A stretch of DNA of 22,213 nucleotides from a virus (taxonomy: Duplodnaviria; Heunggongvirae; Uroviricota; Caudoviricetes). The notes beneath the pieces were generated by a model, which made no database searches, was not told where the DNA came from, and was given only the letters and a program-made list of their open reading frames with translations. A program made the position numbers and the translations under genes. This document shows, piece after piece, positions 17,616 to 22,213 of the stretch (its first letter is position 1; the number at the start of each line of letters is the position of its first letter). The stretch is taken from the IMG/VR virus record IMGVR_UViG_2645728091_000008, one strand, 5' to 3'.

Positions 17616-19197
17616 GTGGTGTTGTCTCCTCTTCCGGCCTGCGACTCTCCGCTATCTGCTGCTCATACGCCTGCGCTATCCACACCGGACGTGAGAGTCC
17701 GGCTTTTTGTCGCTCAGCAGATTCCCTGACCTGCTGGCGGAAAATGTCCTGATAATCCTCGCCCATCAGCGCCAGCTCTTTCTCATACGTGCTCAGTCCG
17801 GCCTCAATGCGCATCACTGATTCCTGGACTTCCTTGAGCCCGTCAATGGCCATTCTTCCGGCTCCAATCCACTCAGCCCGTGACCAGGCTGATCGCGCCT
17901 GATAAAAATCAAAACGCGCCCGTGGCGGACGAATAATCCCCCGAAGAAGTGCCTCTTCCAGCCAGCAGGAAAACATCTGCGTGGCCAGCCGGGACGCAAT
18001 AAATTTTCGTCGTCCCATAAAATAGCGCCACGACTCATTGGCGGAGGCGCGGGCACTTGAATAACTGACCTTCGAGTAATCCCGGGACAACTGTTCGTAG
18101 GAAACGCCAAGACCGGCGGCGATATACCGCAGCAGCGCCTGTTCAAGCGCCGAAAATCCATTGTCTGAATCCTGCGCAGTCTGCAGTTTCAGATCATCAC
18201 CGGGGAAAAGGTGCGGAATTTTGACACCGCCCAGCGTCACGCTATTCGTGTCATACCAGGTGGAGAACTTATCCAGAATATTAATAAGCGGATTATCCTT
18301 CTGCCCCTGCGGCGCACCGGCGATATATTCAAAGGCCTTTTCGGTATCAAGTTCACTTTCAATCGTCGCTGCATACATGGCTTTCACAATGGCCGACTGA
18401 AGCTGTGTTGCCTGCAGGGAATCCAGCATCTTCAGCCGTTCCATGACGCTGTAAAACTGATTAGCCCCACGGGTCTGCCCGTCCTCCACCGGCTCGAAAA
18501 TATGCAGCATGGCCGGACGCCCGGTGGGTAGTTCACGCGGGATCCGTTCCCATCGTCCACTCCCGGAGAACGGAAAATCATCCTCACAGATATGGTACGC
18601 AACGGCACGGCCATATCGATCGACCTCCACCCCGGCCCGCAGAAAACGGTTCCCCATACCGTGTCCTGGCGTGTCCACCCGTTTCGGACTCACGGCTTTA
18701 AAACGCGTACGAAACAGTTGCGTGCTCTCCGTATCCCAGACCGGCTGCACAAAGATTTCGCCGTTAAACGCATGAACGCCCACACCTTCACGGATAAATT
18801 CCGTAAACGTGCGTTTCCCTTCCACGTCGATCTCGCCAGACATCCCTTCGGCGTATTCCGACCAGGCCGCCTCCACCTCATCGACAAAACTTTTTGCTGC
18901 AGTCTCCCGCATCCCCAGCCAGCGCCAGTTCGGACGGTAGCTGATCAGAAACATATGCCCGACAATATGATCCTTATGCAGTGCCACCGCATTGGCCGCT
19001 ATCCCGTTATTGCGCACCAGATCATCTGCCCGGGCATTGCCCAGACGCAACGCGGGCAACAGGGCCGCATCGGCACTCTGCGCCGGTGGCAACCACTCCG
19101 CCATTTGCCCGCCAAATCCTGCACCGCCCCCGTTGTAGCTGAGGCTCTCCCGAAGCGGAACACCGTTCACATCAATCAGGACAGGCGTTCGTTTCAT
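17605..19197 (-). CDS. B: portal protein B (530 aa)
   Basis: ATG 19197. GNARADDLVRNNG, EPVEDGQTRGAN, LQSAIVKAMYAATIESELDT, LRYIAAGLGVSYEQLSR and GRMAIDGLKEVQE match recalled lambda B. Confidence 0.95.
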   Translation of the reverse strand: MKRTPVLIDVNGVPLRESLSYNGGGAGFGGQMAEWLPPAQSADAALLPALRLGNARADDLVRNNGIAANAVALHKDHIVGHMFLISYRPNWRWLGMRETAAKSFVDEVEAAWSEYAEGMSGEIDVEGKRTFTEFIREGVGVHAFNGEIFVQPVWDTESTQLFRTRFKAVSPKRVDTPGHGMGNRFLRAGVEVDRYGRAVAYHICEDDFPFSGSGRWERIPRELPTGRPAMLHIFEPVEDGQTRGANQFYSVMERLKMLDSLQATQLQSAIVKAMYAATIESELDTEKAFEYIAGAPQGQKDNPLINILDKFSTWYDTNSVTLGGVKIPHLFPGDDLKLQTAQDSDNGFSALEQALLRYIAAGLGVSYEQLSRDYSKVSYSSARASANESWRYFMGRRKFIASRLATQMFSCWLEEALLRGIIRPPRARFDFYQARSAWSRAEWIGAGRMAIDGLKEVQESVMRIEAGLSTYEKELALMGEDYQDIFRQQVRESAERQKAGLSRPVWIAQAYEQQIAESRRPEEETTPRET

Positions 19198-19400
19198 AAC
19201 CTCACTCCCAGCGGACGACGGCGGCGGCTTGTTGTCCCCAGCACTGACTCCGCATCATTGATCGCCCGGTTAAGATCATCCAGAGAGGCCGCCGTATATT
19301 CAATTCTTCGTCCATCTTTCTGGACAGACACCACCCGTTTACCGGTTAATAAATCAAGGCGCGCCTGACGCAGCGCCTGCAGTTCAGCGACTGTAACCAT
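19194..19400 (-). CDS. W: head-tail connector / DNA stabilisation protein W (68 aa)
   Basis: ATG 19400; ATGA overlap with B. LTGKRVVSVQKDGRRIEYTAASL resembles recalled lambda W. Confidence 0.85.
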   Translation of the reverse strand: MVTVAELQALRQARLDLLTGKRVVSVQKDGRRIEYTAASLDDLNRAINDAESVLGTTSRRRRPLGVRL

Positions 19401-21312
19401 TCACTCCTCCGGACAGCTTCGCTGCCAGTTCTTTCAGGGTTGGCCGGGTCGTCTCTTCTTCCCGGGATTTTGCCAGTACAGCCAGATCAAGCTGCCAGCG
19501 TTGCACGGACACACGTAATGCCGCGTAGGCATACACCAGGCAGTCCAGCGCTTCGTTACGCCGCTTTTTGTTATCCCACAGCAGACGCATCTTTCCTTTT
19601 TCCCACTTCTCCACCAGCTCTTCCGCCACCAGTTGCTGCGCCTCTGTCTGCGAAAAAATCTCCGGATCATCAGGAAAACGGATGGCATACGACGTGGCTT
19701 CATCCGCAGGCGAGGGATCGGCTTTCATACGGGCATAGAGAATTTCTTTTGCGGTGTCCGTTCCCACTTCACACAGATACACGCCCCGCTGATTGCGGGT
19801 TTTTGGCATGGTGATCACCGGCTTGCCATAGACAGATGCGCCTTTTACCGGCAGCACCCGGAAAACACCGTGTTTTTTTGATCTCTGATAAACAATTTCA
19901 CCATCGATCCCCCCGGTGTCCCAGCAGACACGGGAAATAGTCATTTCGGTGCCATCCGCATGGCGGTATTTTTTGTTGATCGCCGCATCCACACGTAACA
20001 GCGTCTCTTCCTCATCAGGACGCCCCATAATGATGATTTTATCCACCAGAAAGGCTTCCTCTCCCGGAGCCCATCCCCAGACATACATCTCAAAACGGTT
20101 TCGCTGCGAGTCAATGCCCGCCGTCAGATAAACCACCCGGGCAGGTACCGCCGCCGTGTAACGCACCACCTTATCCATCAGTACCTGGTGATCGAGTTTT
20201 TCGCCCACGGCTTCTTCCCAGGTCTCGCCCAGCGTGGTGTTCACAAAGGTTTTCAGGCCGTTGGGATCTTTCAGTGCATCCAGCCAGTCATAGACTATCT
20301 GTACCCAGGTGGTAAACGGACTGTACGCCGTCCAGATATGGAACGTGATGGAGCGCGGCGGCGGAATTTCATCACCCCGGGCGCTGAAAAACGTCAGACC
20401 GTCACGGGTCCACATGCCCGTGTTTTCACAGATCCACCGCCCGTTGCTCTGGTCCAGTTCAGACTGATGGATCACGCAGCCATGATGTTCACAGAGGTAG
20501 AAAACACTTTCGGGGCTGTCCTTCTCCCATTTAAGCCCAAAAGGCGTGGACTCATCGCCAAATTTCAGATACTGCGCCTCCCCACAGTGCGGGCAGGGCA
20601 CATAAAAACGCATAAAATGCGCCGACTCGTTAGCGGCTTTTTCGATCTGGCAGGTGCCTTTGATTTTAGGCGTCGAGCCGCGAATGGATTTTGGCCACAC
20701 CGACCCCTCAATACGCTTATCCCCCAGCAGGGTTGGCGAGCCCTCTTTTTCGACATCCGGCTCGAACGAGGAAAGTTCGTCATAGCAGACCACGTCCACG
20801 GATTTTTCACGGTAGTTTTTGGCGGCAGCGCCGCCCAGGCACCAGAAACCGACGCCCGATGAAAAGCGTTTCAGCGTGAGAGTATTGTCACGATGTTTAC
20901 GACCCAGCCATGGGGAAAGGTCTTTCAGGCATGGCACGTTCCGAATCGTCGCCTCCACGTGAGACTTCATAAAATCTTCAGCGGCAGAATCCGTGGGCTG
21001 AAAAAGCAGACTGTTTCGGGATTTATGCTCAATAAAATACCCGCCCACCCCCAGCAACATCTTTGTATAGCCAACACGGGCAGATTTAATCAGGTTAACC
21101 GTGCGAACCTGGTCGTTACCCATACAGTTCATAATGGCGATCTGGAATGGCAGCGTTTTCCATTCTCCCTCACCATATGAAGATTCTTTAGGCAGATAAT
21201 AATTTTGATCAGCCCATTCAACTGCCGTCATTGGTACAACCCTGACCAGAGGCTGCAGCGCAACCGAAACGGCAGCCATCATATTATTCAGTTGTTGCTC
21301 TGATATATTCAT
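19384..21312 (-). CDS. A: terminase large subunit A (642 aa)
   Basis: Track start 21369 is TTG. ATG 21312 gives MNISEQQ..., aligning with the lambda A start MNIS. TAVEWAD.NYYLPKES, KNYREKSVDV, DKRIEGSVWPKSIRGSTPK, FVNTTLGETWE and KKRRNEALDC match. Overlaps nu1 by 29 nt as in lambda. Confidence 0.95.
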   Translation of the reverse strand: MNISEQQLNNMMAAVSVALQPLVRVVPMTAVEWADQNYYLPKESSYGEGEWKTLPFQIAIMNCMGNDQVRTVNLIKSARVGYTKMLLGVGGYFIEHKSRNSLLFQPTDSAAEDFMKSHVEATIRNVPCLKDLSPWLGRKHRDNTLTLKRFSSGVGFWCLGGAAAKNYREKSVDVVCYDELSSFEPDVEKEGSPTLLGDKRIEGSVWPKSIRGSTPKIKGTCQIEKAANESAHFMRFYVPCPHCGEAQYLKFGDESTPFGLKWEKDSPESVFYLCEHHGCVIHQSELDQSNGRWICENTGMWTRDGLTFFSARGDEIPPPRSITFHIWTAYSPFTTWVQIVYDWLDALKDPNGLKTFVNTTLGETWEEAVGEKLDHQVLMDKVVRYTAAVPARVVYLTAGIDSQRNRFEMYVWGWAPGEEAFLVDKIIIMGRPDEEETLLRVDAAINKKYRHADGTEMTISRVCWDTGGIDGEIVYQRSKKHGVFRVLPVKGASVYGKPVITMPKTRNQRGVYLCEVGTDTAKEILYARMKADPSPADEATSYAIRFPDDPEIFSQTEAQQLVAEELVEKWEKGKMRLLWDNKKRRNEALDCLVYAYAALRVSVQRWQLDLAVLAKSREEETTRPTLKELAAKLSGGVNGYSR

Positions 21313-21793
21313 CGAGTAAATCCGGTAATTTATCCCCTGCCCGCGCACACTGATTTGCCCCCTTAGCAATAAGGGTTTTCAGATGGTCAAGATGGCGCGG
21401 TGTTAAATCAGGAAACTGTCGCTGCATGGATAAAGGGATGGAATCAAGCGTACTGGATAACGCCATTGCCAGCTTACTGAGGGCAAAAATACAGAACCCG
21501 GTGTCAATAAGTTTTCCTTTTGACACCTCATTTTTTAACTGCTGTGTAACAGCCTGTTCTGCTGTCAGTTCCCATCTGGCAATAAGCAATTTCTCCTCAT
21601 AGTCGTCTTCGCTATCGCCATCAGGCACATCGTTTTTACTTCTCCTCAGATACGATATGTAAAAATCGCGCCAGGCATCCAGATCCAGTTGCCCTCGCTT
21701 ATTCGATATCGGGGCACCCGGCAATTTCTGCAATCTGCGAAGCTGGTGATCGGTCAGACTTAAATGCCTGGCAACTTCAGTCTGCGTAGCCAC
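21284..21793 (-). CDS. nu1: terminase small subunit Nu1 (169 aa)
   Basis: Start codon is GTG (21793..21791) preceded by GAGGTGAGGA, immediately after an in-frame stop. C-terminal half (CIFALSKLA...IPLSMQRQFPDL..RH.D.LK..I...LLDEYI) matches recalled lambda Nu1; the N-terminal DNA-binding part is divergent. Confidence 0.85.
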   Translation of the reverse strand: MATQTEVARHLSLTDHQLRRLQKLPGAPISNKRGQLDLDAWRDFYISYLRRSKNDVPDGDSEDDYEEKLLIARWELTAEQAVTQQLKNEVSKGKLIDTGFCIFALSKLAMALSSTLDSIPLSMQRQFPDLTPRHLDHLKTLIAKGANQCARAGDKLPDLLDEYIRATTE

Positions 21794-21832
21794 TCCTCAC
21801 CTCGCAAAAACTCTCACCTCACAATCACAACA

Positions 21833-21946
21833 AAACCGGTCATGTCCGGTTTACATGTCTGTTTTTTGTTCATGTCCGGTTCACAGAAGACCTGTTTTTA
21901 TATTTTTCATATAGTTAACTTGAAGAGAAACCGGACATGGATCCCG
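21833..21946. promoter_or_regulatory. cosB-like terminase binding region: three CATGTCCGGTT elements (two direct, one inverted) flanking an AT-rich IHF-like segment
   Basis: CATGTCCGGTT at 21841..21851 and 21871..21881, and inverted AACCGGACATG at 21929..21939. AT-rich 21890..21925 between them. Location between cosN and nu1 equals the lambda R3-I1-R2-R1 layout, but the element sequence differs from lambda R sites. Confidence 0.6.
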
Positions 21947-21976
21947 GAAAATTTTCATAAATAGCGAAAACCCGCG

Positions 21977-21988
21977 AGGTCGCCGCCC
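21977..21988 (-). other. cosN 12-nt cohesive-end sequence GGGCGGCGACCT
   Basis: Plus strand AGGTCGCCGCCC is the reverse complement of the lambda cohesive end. The flanking about 45 bp toward nu1 is near-identical to the recalled lambda left end (CGCGGGTTTTCGCTATTTATGAAAATTTTCCGG). Confidence 0.85.
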
Positions 21989-22114
21989 CGTAACCTGTCG
22001 GATCGCCGGAAAGGACCCACGAAAATGATAATAATTATCATCTACATGAGGTTTATCACGACATGTGTGTACGCCATCAAACCACGAGAAATAATCAATT
22101 ATTACGCAGGTATC
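21989..22114 (-). other. phage genome right-end segment including the expected cosQ region
   Basis: Reverse complement is near-identical to the recalled last ~125 bp of the lambda right end (...GGTCCTTTCCGG.GATCCGACAGGTTACG next to cosN). Similarity stops abruptly at 22114. Confidence 0.6.
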
Positions 22115-22213
22115 TGAACCGCCCCGGGAATCCTGGAGACTAAACTCCCTGAGAAAGAGGTAAACAGGATGACTAAAAATACTCGTTTTTCCCCCGAAGT
22201 CCGTCAGAGGGCG
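22115..22213 (+). mobile_element. left end of an IS3-family insertion sequence (IS629/IS1203-like), truncated by the window
   Basis: Starts TGAACCGCCCCGGGAATCCTGGAGACTAAACTCCCTGAGAAAGAGG, which I recall as the IS629-type left inverted repeat, followed by the orfA start. Lambda-like sequence breaks exactly here. Confidence 0.75.
22169..22213 (+). CDS. IS3-family transposase OrfA, first 15 codons only
   Basis: ATG 22169 after AGAGG SD. MTKNTRFSPEVRQRA matches the recalled N-terminus of IS629/IS1203 OrfA. Confidence 0.75.
   Translation, partial: MTKNTRFSPEVRQRA

Noticed and set aside
21764-21964. 66-aa plus-strand ORF across the cosB region
   Set aside because: It lies over the terminase binding repeats and AT-rich IHF-like segment and has no SD. 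The region is better explained as cos.

Overview
This window is the morphogenesis (head, packaging, tail) module of a lambda-like prophage, read almost entirely on the minus strand. From high to low coordinates it runs cosQ/cosN/cosB, nu1, A, W, B, C (with Nu3), D, E, FI, FII, Z, U, V, G/GT, H, M, L, K, I, then a plus-strand Cu,Zn superoxide dismutase (sodC) moron, then J, lom, and the 5' part of a collagen-repeat side tail fibre gene (stf) that runs off the window start. An IS3-family element (IS629-like) begins 126 bp beyond cosN and runs off the window end. All protein and cos identifications rest on my recollection of phage lambda sequences read against the six-frame track; no database search was run. 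The track treats GTG and TTG as M, so several starts were re-derived by hand. I see no CRISPR array, tRNA or rRNA, and no evidence of a large undescribed multi-gene system. The points worth a second look are smaller: a frame-disrupted K gene at a 7-nt homopolymer, strand-specific terminators around the sodC and lom morons (with a possible small transcript between two of them), structured hairpins between D/E and E/FI, a triplicated module in C/Nu3, and a cosB whose repeat elements differ from lambda while cosN is identical. The combination of IS629-like element, sodC and lom suggests an Escherichia/Shigella (O157-like) lambdoid prophage, but that is inference.
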